Assembly (NCBI GenBank): GCA_041694835.1
Contig: JBGFRZ010000028.1
Location: 1-20,056 of the forward strand
Direction of reading: 5' to 3'
Origin: Ignavibacteria bacterium
Lineage (GTDB): Bacteria > Elusimicrobiota > Endomicrobiia > PHAN01
DNA length: 20,056 nucleotides
The stretch's first letter is position 1. The number at the start of each line of letters is the position of its first letter. A program made the translations under genes and the position numbers. Positions 1 to 7,165 of the stretch are shown piece by piece. The notes under the pieces were generated by a model. That model saw only the letters and a program-made list of their open reading frames with translations, did no database searches and was not told where the DNA came from.

Positions 1-118
1 TGGGTGAAATTTCTTTCAGATTTAATCATAGAGACGAAGACCTTTTTCCGACTATACTGAAGATGTTACAGCACACTCATTTTGATGAAAAATTAGTCCG
101 AATTGTTTAGCCATTACC
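1..118 (+). mobile_element. Right end of an IS1595-family element (transposase C-terminus 3..110 plus probable terminal inverted repeat ending ...TAGCCATTACC)
   Basis: Frame from nt 3 reads GEISFRFNHRDEDLFPTILKMLQHTHFDEKLVRIV* (TAG 108-110). ExxFRFNxR is the typical IS1595 transposase C-terminal motif. The end at CC is followed by an AT-rich flank. Cut by the window edge. Confidence 0.75.
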
Positions 119-127
119 TATTCTTTT

Positions 128-231
128 AATTATAACAAATTCAGAATTTTAGTAGCGTCAAAACAGTTCTGTCTCTGTCTCTTACTTGACTTTGAATTAT
201 AACAAATTCAGAATTTTAGTAGCGTTAAAAC
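128..231 (-). CRISPR. CRISPR array remnant: two 36-37 bp repeats and one 30-31 bp spacer, type II-C-like
   Basis: 128-164 and 195-231 match at 36/37 nt, period 67 bp. The minus-strand repeat GTTTT(G/A)ACGCTACTAAAATTCTGAATTTGTTATAAT starts GTTTT and ends in TGnTATAAT, like Campylobacter/Neisseria II-C repeats. Only two copies and no cas genes are in the window. Confidence 0.65.
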
Positions 232-1168
232 CGTCCGATATTATAATCGCCCACTCCCCATCAATTTTTATAAACTTCAATTTTACTCTAATATTTTCCT
301 CTCCGCTTCTTCTGGAGATTTTGGGTGGGCTATAAATTGATAGTTCGGGTATATTCTCGAGCACATCCGCAAACTTTTCGTAAAGTTTCTTGTTCTTACT
401 TTCGTATATGTAAGGCAGAAGAACATCTTCAACTGATTTGTCTATCATCATTCCCTCTTCAAGCCCCAATATTTCAAGAGCCGTTTTGTTGCAATTTTTT
501 ATAATTCCTATTTTATCAGTGATAAAAACTCCGATGGAGAGATTCTCTATAATCTTCCATAATTTCGCCCTTTCTTCGCATATTTGCGATACGTAAAGGT
601 GGGCATCAAAAGCGGTTGTGACAGGATGGATTATAGCCTTTAAAAACTCCACATCTTCGTGCGAAAAAGTGTTGTCGCCGCTTGAAAAAAGAACTACGGC
701 GCCATATGCTTTTGATTCCTTTATTAAAGGCATCGCCACTGCACTTGTAAGGTTGTATTTTTTGATTATTTCCTGAAAGTATTCGGTGGCAAGGCGCGGG
801 TCAGCCCTCGGATTTTCCACAAGTATCGACTTTCTTTCGAGCATGCAGTTCGCGGCTAGCCCAGGCATATTTTTGGCCACGGTCTGTTTCGCAAATTTCT
901 CTATCTCAGAGCCTTCAATTCCCTGCCAGACAACGTTAGACATTGTGTTTGTGTTTTGGTCGTACGCGAAGATGGAACCCGTTGCAGCGTTTAGAAGACG
1001 AACTATATTAGAAAGTGTTACTGCAAGAAAACATTTGTGGGGGAGAGTCGCCGAGTATACAGAGAGCTCTCCGAGTAGCTGTATGGCGAGGGAGTCTCTG
1101 GCGGGTTTGTCTATTTTCTCTTTCTTTTCTCCTTTCAAGTTGTCGTAAAACTTCGCCTTTCTTGCCAC
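197..1168 (-). CDS. GAF + PAS domain sensory protein with no output domain
   Basis: GAF motifs (ENPRADPRL, SAVAMPL...YGAVVL, FSHEDVEFL) and PAS N-terminus (IIENLSIGVFITDKIGIIKNCNKTALEILG). GTG start with a G-rich RBS. Confidence 0.85.
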   Translation of the reverse strand: MARKAKFYDNLKGEKKEKIDKPARDSLAIQLLGELSVYSATLPHKCFLAVTLSNIVRLLNAATGSIFAYDQNTNTMSNVVWQGIEGSEIEKFAKQTVAKNMPGLAANCMLERKSILVENPRADPRLATEYFQEIIKKYNLTSAVAMPLIKESKAYGAVVLFSSGDNTFSHEDVEFLKAIIHPVTTAFDAHLYVSQICEERAKLWKIIENLSIGVFITDKIGIIKNCNKTALEILGLEEGMMIDKSVEDVLLPYIYESKNKKLYEKFADVLENIPELSIYSPPKISRRSGEENIRVKLKFIKIDGEWAIIISDGFNATKILNLL

Positions 1169-1195
1169 AAAATCCCCCTTTTCCCTTGTTCATTG

Positions 1196-1224
1196 TTTAT
1201 ACAAGAAAAAATCAAGGATTTCAA
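1196..1224 (-). promoter_or_regulatory. Putative sigma70 promoter of the GAF-PAS gene
   Basis: Minus strand TTGAAA-17 bp-TATAAA, 27 nt upstream of the GTG start. Confidence 0.45.
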
Positions 1225-1279
1225 GGTTTTTTTAATTTGTGACAAAAGTCTCGTTTTGAATTTTAATTTAGAATTTATT

Positions 1280-2704
1280 TTACGGGTGTGGTGGGATTAT
1301 TTTTTCGATTAATTTTCTTGCGCACCCTATGAGTTGTTCTTTAACATTATTGTCGGGGGATTCGCAGTAAATCCTCGCAATCGGCTCTGTTCCAGATGCT
1401 CTTATGAGAAGCCACGAATCGTTTTCAAATATGAACTTTATGCCGTCGAGCTCGTCTATAGCCCTTATTTTCAACTTTAAAAATTTGCAATCGAAGTTTT
1501 TTTTGAACTTCTCGTATATCTTTGAGGGTTCCACGATTTTTTCTATCCCAAGGTCGAATCTGTCGTAAAACGATTTGCCGTATTTCTTCTGAAGGTTGCC
1601 CACAAGCGAAGAAAATTTTTGCCCGGTTTCCGTGAGTATTTCTATTATTATCATTGATGCAAGTATCCCGTCACGTTCCGGAATATAATCCAAGAAGTTG
1701 CCTGCTCCGATCCCGCCCGATTCCTCCGCACCTATGAGGCAGTCGTTTTTCATAAGCTCTTCAGCTACGTACTTAAAGCCCACCGGAACTTCTGTAAGTT
1801 TTGTCCCGTAGTTTTTTGCCACTCGCTTTGAAAGATATCCAAGGGCGAAACCCTGAATGACTCTGCCTTTTAGTTTTTTGATTCCGAGCAGATATTCAAG
1901 AATTATCGGGAATACGATGTGTGGGTGGATGTAGACGCCATTGTCGTCGACGACACCTATCCTGTCGCCGTCTCCATCTACGGCGAGGCCGATTTCCGCC
2001 TTTGTCTTTCTTACAAAATCTCCAAAGTCTCCAAGGAATCTGCCGATGGGCTCTGGGTTTTTGCCCCCGAACATTGGGTTGTGATGCGAGTTTGTCTCGA
2101 TGACGCCGTCGAGGTTTTCAACGGCTCTTTTAAGATATCCCGCGGCGGAGCCGAACATGGGGTTGAAGGCGATTTTCAGTTTTGAGAGCTTCTTTTTTTC
2201 AAATTTGAAGAGGGATTTAATTTTTTCAAGGTAGTTTTGTGAAAAATCCTTATTAGTTATTTCAAACTTCATCTCTGGGGTTGATACGGCTTTTTCGGGG
2301 AGCAGTTTTTCGATTAAATCCGTCTCGGATTTGGGAAGCGAAGACCCTTTCGAGGATTTAAATTTTATGCCGCTGTAGTAATAAGGATTATGGCTGGCGG
2401 TGAGCATAACGCCGCAATCGGCTTTTTCGTTGAAAGTGGCGAATGAGAGGCACGGAGAGGTAATCGGTTCGGAAGAAATGACGGTCTTTACGCCGCTTTC
2501 CATAAGCGTTTCGCAGAAGGCCGCTGCAAAATCGCCCGAGAGGAATCTCGTGTCATAGCCCACAGTTATGAACGGTTTTTTCAAAGGTCTTTTCTTGAGG
2601 TATCTCGAAAAAGCAGCCGCAACCTTTTTTACATTGGCGAATGTAAACTCTTCCGCTATTATACCCCTCCATCCGTCAGTGCCAAAGTTAATCTCATTTG
2701 ACAT
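1280..2704 (-). CDS. Phosphoglucomutase/phosphomannomutase family protein
   Basis: FGTDGWRG, catalytic TASHNP, metal loop DGDGDR, sugar loop AEESGG, phosphate loop RASGTEP. Confidence 0.95.
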   Translation of the reverse strand: MSNEINFGTDGWRGIIAEEFTFANVKKVAAAFSRYLKKRPLKKPFITVGYDTRFLSGDFAAAFCETLMESGVKTVISSEPITSPCLSFATFNEKADCGVMLTASHNPYYYSGIKFKSSKGSSLPKSETDLIEKLLPEKAVSTPEMKFEITNKDFSQNYLEKIKSLFKFEKKKLSKLKIAFNPMFGSAAGYLKRAVENLDGVIETNSHHNPMFGGKNPEPIGRFLGDFGDFVRKTKAEIGLAVDGDGDRIGVVDDNGVYIHPHIVFPIILEYLLGIKKLKGRVIQGFALGYLSKRVAKNYGTKLTEVPVGFKYVAEELMKNDCLIGAEESGGIGAGNFLDYIPERDGILASMIIIEILTETGQKFSSLVGNLQKKYGKSFYDRFDLGIEKIVEPSKIYEKFKKNFDCKFLKLKIRAIDELDGIKFIFENDSWLLIRASGTEPIARIYCESPDNNVKEQLIGCARKLIEKIIPPHP

Positions 2705-2763
2705 AGCTGTAATATTTTATAAAAAAATTACGAAATAAATCAAAGGGGTTGCCGTAGAGCAAC

Positions 2764-2792
2764 TTGATTTTTCTTTCGTTTTATGATAATAT
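2764..2792 (+). promoter_or_regulatory. Putative sigma70 promoter of dnaX-recR
   Basis: TTGATT (2764-2769), 17 bp spacer, TAATAT (2787-2792) with TG extension at 2784-2785. Confidence 0.4.
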
Positions 2793-2865
2793 AGACATAA
2801 ACCGCATTTTACCCGCCTACGGTGAGGTGAAGCGTTTAACTAACCTTACAACAATAATATTGACC

Positions 2866-4440
2866 ATGGCTTACGAAGTTCTAGCAAGAAAATACCGCCC
2901 CAAGACTTTTGGTGAAGTAATAGGTCAGGAACATATAGTCAAAACGCTCTCCAACTCAATCTCGCAAGGGCGGATTCATCACGCTTATCTTTTTTCGGGC
3001 GCAAGGGGCACCGGTAAAACCACTACAGCGCGGCTTCTTGCGAAGGCGCTTAGCTGCGAAAAAGGTCCGACATCGGATGTTTGTCAGAGTTGTGATGCTT
3101 GCGTCGGAATAAGCGGAGGGAATTTTGTCGATGTCCAGGAAATCGACGGCGCTTCAAACAGGGGGATTGATGAAATAAGAAACCTCAGGGAAAATATAAG
3201 GTTTGCTCCCGTGTCGGGGAGATACAAGGTGTACATAATAGACGAAGCCCACCAGATTACAGGAGCGGCATTCAACGCTCTTTTAAAGACGCTTGAGGAA
3301 CCGCCGAAACACGCTGTTTTTATTCTTGCCACCACCGAGCCACAGAGCATCCCACCAACGATAGCGTCCCGATGTCAGAGATACAACTTCAGGCTTTTGA
3401 CTTCCGATGAAATCGTGTCGTCGCTTGAGAAAATAATCAAAAATGAAAATATCCTGGCCGAACCTAACGTTTTAACGCTCATGGCCAAATACTCCGGCGG
3501 CTCCATGAGGGACGCCCAAAGTCTGCTCGATCAAGCCATTTCCTACTCGGGAAATAAACTTACGATGGATTCACTCAGAGAACTTCTCGGAGTTTTGCCG
3601 GAAAATTTCATAAACGATACATTTTCGGCCGTCTCCGGATCGGATTCCAAAAAAATAATAGAGTGCCTCAACGACGTAGTAAAATCCGGCCACGATCTTT
3701 CTCTTTTTATTTCCGAGATGCTTTCGTACTCAAGACTGATTATTCTCGATAAAATCGGAGTCGAATCGAACCTTTCGGATTTCGAAAAAGAGGTGGTTGA
3801 AAAACACGAAAAAAATTTTTCCGTCGAGGAAATGCTGAGAATCTCAAAAATGCTTCTCAAATGTAAAGAAGAGATGAGGTGGTCGGACGACCCTAAATTT
3901 CTATTTGAACTTTATCTTGTAAAACTCACTATGCCGTTTTTGGATGCCGATGAGCTAAAAAAAATTATCAATTGCGGAACGCGTAAGGATGAAAACAACG
4001 TTCAAAACTCTCATGATGGTGCGAAAATCATTCATAAGTCGGCAATCGCCGCAAAAGGCGATGCCGCGGTGGCGGACGTCAAGGGATTTTGGAGCGGTTT
4101 TTTGGCTTCCATTCCGTCTTCCGAAGGCAGGCTCAAGAACGCACTCGGAAATTCAAGATTGGAAAACATGAAAGAATCTTCGATAGAATTGGAGGTCCAA
4201 TCCGAGTTCGCTTTGAAAGAGTTGAAGTCGAAACAGGATGTCGCTCTCAATCTTTTAAGCAAATATGCAGGGAAGAGTTTTTCTGTGGAATTTATACTTA
4301 AGAAAGACAAAAATCGGGATTCACCGTCAATTGAAAAAGAAGAAATACCAAACGATGGTGAAGAACATCATTCCGACGGTCTCAAGAAAATTATAGATGT
4401 TTTTCCGGGCAAAATCGAAAAAATAATATCGAATAAATGA
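2866..4440 (+). CDS. dnaX: DNA polymerase III subunit gamma/tau
   Basis: Canonical N-terminus MAYEVLARKYRPKTF (start placed at ATG 2866 rather than TTG 2764), Walker A GARGTGKTT, C4 zinc module, Walker B IIDEAH, FNALLKTLEEPP, SRC motif. Confidence 0.97.
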   Translation: MAYEVLARKYRPKTFGEVIGQEHIVKTLSNSISQGRIHHAYLFSGARGTGKTTTARLLAKALSCEKGPTSDVCQSCDACVGISGGNFVDVQEIDGASNRGIDEIRNLRENIRFAPVSGRYKVYIIDEAHQITGAAFNALLKTLEEPPKHAVFILATTEPQSIPPTIASRCQRYNFRLLTSDEIVSSLEKIIKNENILAEPNVLTLMAKYSGGSMRDAQSLLDQAISYSGNKLTMDSLRELLGVLPENFINDTFSAVSGSDSKKIIECLNDVVKSGHDLSLFISEMLSYSRLIILDKIGVESNLSDFEKEVVEKHEKNFSVEEMLRISKMLLKCKEEMRWSDDPKFLFELYLVKLTMPFLDADELKKIINCGTRKDENNVQNSHDGAKIIHKSAIAAKGDAAVADVKGFWSGFLASIPSSEGRLKNALGNSRLENMKESSIELEVQSEFALKELKSKQDVALNLLSKYAGKSFSVEFILKKDKNRDSPSIEKEEIPNDGEEHHSDGLKKIIDVFPGKIEKIISNK

Positions 4441-5039
4441 AGAAACCTCAAACAATAAAAAAAGTCGCGGAACGGTTCTCGGCCATTCCCGGCATAGGTC
4501 CCAAGATGGCCGAAAGAACGACATTTTTCATCTTGAAGCAAGGCAATGAATTCATAGACGATTTTATTGCGGCTCTTTCCGAACTGAAGTTGATGGTCAG
4601 GTGCGGCGAGTGCATGGCGCTCGGTGAAAAAAATCCGTGCGATATTTGTTCCCACCCCTTAAGAGACAAAACCAAGCTTGCGGTAGTAGAATCGTCATCC
4701 GATATAGACGCCATCGAGCGAACGCAAAAATACAACGGACTTTATTTTATATTGGGAGGGCTGATATCGCCGCTTGAGGGATTTAAAATAAGCGATGTTC
4801 CGTCCGATGCTCTCAGGGAAAGAATAAAAAATAGGGGCGTCGGAGAGGTCATATTGGCGACCGACCCAAACGCCAAGGGGGAGGCGACCGCTATTTATTT
4901 GACCGATGTTCTAAAAGATTTGGATGTCAAGATAACGAGGCTTGCGTACGGGCTTCCCTTCGGCGGAGATCTCGAGTATGCCGATGAGATTACACTTTCC
5001 AGTGCCATAGAAGGCAGAAGAGAAGTACAGAAAAAGTAA
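4437..5039 (+). CDS. recR: Recombination mediator RecR
   Basis: HhH IPGIGPKMAER, C4 zinc finger (CGEC...CDIC), Toprim domain, C-terminal RLAYGLPFGGDLEYADEITL. ATGA overlap with the dnaX stop. Confidence 0.97.
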   Translation: MKKPQTIKKVAERFSAIPGIGPKMAERTTFFILKQGNEFIDDFIAALSELKLMVRCGECMALGEKNPCDICSHPLRDKTKLAVVESSSDIDAIERTQKYNGLYFILGGLISPLEGFKISDVPSDALRERIKNRGVGEVILATDPNAKGEATAIYLTDVLKDLDVKITRLAYGLPFGGDLEYADEITLSSAIEGRREVQKK

Positions 5040-5044
5040 TTATT

Positions 5045-5072
5045 TTGAAAAGAAAAGCAATTTTGTTAGAAT
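5045..5072 (+). promoter_or_regulatory. Putative promoter for the tRNA region
   Basis: TTGAAA-16 bp-TAGAAT with TG extension at 5064-5065. Confidence 0.45.
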
Positions 5073-5167
5073 AAAACCGTTGAAAAAACCTATAAATGAG
5101 ATTCTTCATAAACCTGTCCTGATGGATTAAAAATGACAACGCAAGCACTTTTTCAATGGTATCACAT

Positions 5168-5251
5168 TCCCCGGTAGCTCAATGGGTCGGCGTGCGACGA
5201 ATAAGGAGCACGCGGTTGCCGACGGGCGCGAGTTGGTGAGCGCCCCGGAGA
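5168..5251 (+). pseudogene. tRNA-Asn-derived, remodelled tRNA-like element
   Basis: 5164-5185 is identical to 5326-5347 (22 bp). It keeps a 6/7 acceptor-like stem (TCCCCGG/CCGGAGA), D stem GCTC/GAGC and GAGCACGCGG, but has no anticodon loop and no TTCGA loop. Confidence 0.6.
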
Positions 5252-5329
5252 AGTTCACTCCACCATTGAAAAATCGTGGTAAGTTTTAGAGTTCATAGAG
5301 AAGCGATATCAAGCAGGTAAACTATACAT

Positions 5330-5401
5330 TCCCCGGTAGCTCAATGGTGGAGCATGCGACTGTTAATCGCAGGGCTGGTGGTTCGAGTCCACCCCGGGGA
5401 G
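5330..5401 (+). tRNA. tRNA-Asn (GTT), CCA not encoded
   Basis: Acceptor TCCCCGG/CCGGGGA, D arm GCTC/GAGC, anticodon stem TGCGA/TCGCA with loop CTGTTAA, T arm GGTGG-TTCGAGT-CCACC, discriminator G. Confidence 0.97.
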
Positions 5402-5830
5402 GATTAGTGGACTTTTCTCAAACAGCGCTCCGATATTAGTTGTTTTTTCATGTCTTTTTTCTGGTTCGAGCCGACTGTAAATTTCTTTTACCCCCGAGGA
5501 GATTTTTTCAAGGAAAATTAGCGGTTTTTCAATTTTTATCGTCAGAACTTTGTCTTTGAGTATCAGGTTCGAGCCAAGTGCGGCAATGACCCGCCGCTTT
5601 GCTTCCAAATCACCTGTTTCGAAACTATTTTTGGCGTCTCTGGCAAAATCAAAAACCTTCCCAGCCGCATCGAGCCATTTGTCCACTCTGTTTAATGTAT
5701 CGTTCAATAACTCTTGAAGACACAGTTTCTCTTTTGACAATGCGCCTTTCTTGAGCAAAAATTCTTCTTCGGTTAGTTCCCCTCTGGCGCGCATATCTAT
5801 TATTCCATCGATTTTCGCTATGCAGTCCGA
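5363..5830 (-). pseudogene. C-terminal fragment of a large serine recombinase, reading antisense into tRNA-Asn
   Basis: KIDGIIDMRARGELTEEEF...coiled coil...FETGDLEAKRRVIAALGSNLILKDK resembles LSR C-termini. It ends LPGVDSNHQPCD*, which is the antisense of the tRNA 3' half. Catalytic and zinc-ribbon domains are absent. The upstream boundary is approximate. Confidence 0.75.
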
Positions 5831-6044
5831 AGCAAGTGTTATTGATGGCAAAAAAGATAGATTTTGGAATAGGTTTACCGACGACAAAATGGGTAAAAAA
5901 GCGATAACAGATATTTCTGGTGTGTTCGCTTTAGACAGTCATACTGAACATCTGGTTGACAGAATTGATAAAGTGCAAAAAATATCCGTTAGGGAGGCAT
6001 TTAAGACAAACTTACTAGGGCCAAATTGGCAAGTTGTCATCTGA
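5820..6044 (+). pseudogene. Possible 3' fragment of an unknown island gene
   Basis: Open, protein-like frame (...DRFWNRFTDDKMG...GPNWQVVI*) starting where recombinase similarity ends on the opposite strand. No recognisable motif. Confidence 0.3.
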
Positions 6045-6072
6045 CAAATGGTTAGTTTATAGTCACATATTT

Positions 6073-6250
6073 TCACCGCCCACTACAGCCAAGCAGGATG
6101 TCATTTGCTATGAAATTGCGCGAAACAGGTATTTCAAGAGCATAAACTGGCGACTCGCCTCAATCCTCTATAGCGATGATTTTCTCAAAAATCAATCTTC
6201 ATCGCTGCGTCCTGAAGTATCTGTGCGGACCTCTTTTTATAAGTTCTTGT
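6073..6250 (-). pseudogene. Degenerate Hint (intein-like) domain C-terminal remnant
   Basis: Minus strand reads FEKIIAIED*GESPVYALEIPVSRNFIANDILLGCSGR*, matching Hint blocks F/G (VYdleV...NFiANgilvHN). In-frame TGA at 6160-6162 and apparent frameshifts upstream. Confidence 0.55.
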
Positions 6251-6334
6251 AAGGAGATAACTGCAATGTAATTAAAACAGAGCAATCAACTAAATAATAA
6301 TTGAACGTCCCAAGCGACGACACGGGACATATCG

Positions 6335-6383
6335 AACCCGTCGGTATTTGGCGAAAGCCGAGTGCCGACGGGTTTTTTATTTT
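6335..6383 (+). terminator. Strong intrinsic terminator
   Basis: 18-bp stem with three G-U pairs, GAAA loop, then a T-rich tail. Confidence 0.8.
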
Positions 6384-6390
6384 CAAATCA

Positions 6391-6583
6391 AAAATCCCCC
6401 TGTGCGGAGTTTCCCCCGCGCAGTTATTGTGCGGGGCTTCCCACCAAATCCCCCCTCCCCCTTTTTTCCCCTCTACGAAAGAGGGGTTAGGGGTGTGTCA
6501 GGGGAATAAAAGGGGAAATATAGGTTTCATCCCGCCACAGACACTGACACTAACCTTTAACAAAGGGAGATTGAGGGGGATTT
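6391..6583. repeat. Nested REP-like palindromic mosaic
   Basis: Outer AAATCCCCC...GGGGGATTT inverted repeat enclosing CCCCTCT-ACGAA-AGAGGGG, CCTTT-AAC-AAAGG and other C/G-run hairpins. Confidence 0.65.
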
Positions 6584-6619
6584 GTTCCCGACACTTGTGA
6601 GCGTCACTATCAAAGATTT

Positions 6620-7107
6620 AGGTCACAGAGCACTAGTCCTTATCGCACTTCAGCGGAGATCGAAAATATCGTCGAGATGGTTCGATTAAACCTGTATAAC
6701 AAAGGGCTCTTTTGTGGCAATCAAGCCATCCAATGGGAGATGAGCGACATGGAAGTGCAACCTGTCCTTTCCCCTATCACTATTGGACGTATCCTGCCCA
6801 AAAGAGAGTCATACTCCAAGACATCCCTTAGATAAACCGGAAGAAGGATGCTATCATCTGGTGAGATTTATCCGAAGCGATTGCCGCCTGAACATCTTTG
6901 GCGAAATGTTCTCGGCGCCACCGGGGACCCAGTAAGAATACGTTGTAGCTACCATCGATGTCAAAGAACAAAAATTAAAGCTCTTTGTGGATACCATCCA
7001 GATAGAAAAATATAAGTCTCACATGCGCTAACGTTCACATTACCGAATAGTTTCAGTGTGTCTACTGAACGATGTCCTCAACGGTGTCACCTATATGCTA
7101 TTCGCTA
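6620..7107 (+). mobile_element. Internally deleted IS481-like (integrase-core family) element remnant
   Basis: HTH part SPYRTSAEIENIVEMVRLNL...GNQAIQWEM...SPITIGRIL is joined out of frame near 6797 to the C-terminal part PRHPLDKPEEGCYHLVRFIRSD...Q*EYVVATIDVKEQKL...MR* (ends 7031). The DDE core is missing. End-like motifs AACGATGTCC and TGTCACCTAT lie at 7068-7107. Confidence 0.7.
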
Positions 7108-7119
7108 TTTGCTACTTTG

Positions 7120-7157
7120 AAAACCGTAACAAAACCGTAACATCTTTTCATTATAAT
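7120..7157 (+). promoter_or_regulatory. Pho-box-like (OmpR/PhoB family) direct repeat plus -10 box
   Basis: AAAACCGTAAC twice at 11-bp period (7120-7141), 10 bp upstream of TATAAT (7152-7157). Confidence 0.55.
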
Positions 7158-7165
7158 GTTGGTGT

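Noticed and set aside
1260-1280. AATTTAGAATTT resembling the CRISPR repeat core (possible anti-repeat)
   Set aside because: Short AT-rich match with no tracrRNA-like hairpins.
2764-2865. 34-aa N-terminal extension of DnaX in the ORF track
   Set aside because: It overlaps the likely promoter; the canonical N-terminus begins at 2866.
2705-2865. SRP RNA (ffs), often found upstream of dnaX
   Set aside because: No TCAGG...GGAA...AGCAG helix-8 motif is present.
5164-5347. 22-bp direct repeat read as attL/attR or as CRISPR
   Set aside because: The upstream copy continues as a tRNA-like body, so tRNA duplication explains it better.
6301-6600. 99-aa ORF
   Set aside because: It runs through a terminator and REP palindromes and has implausible composition.
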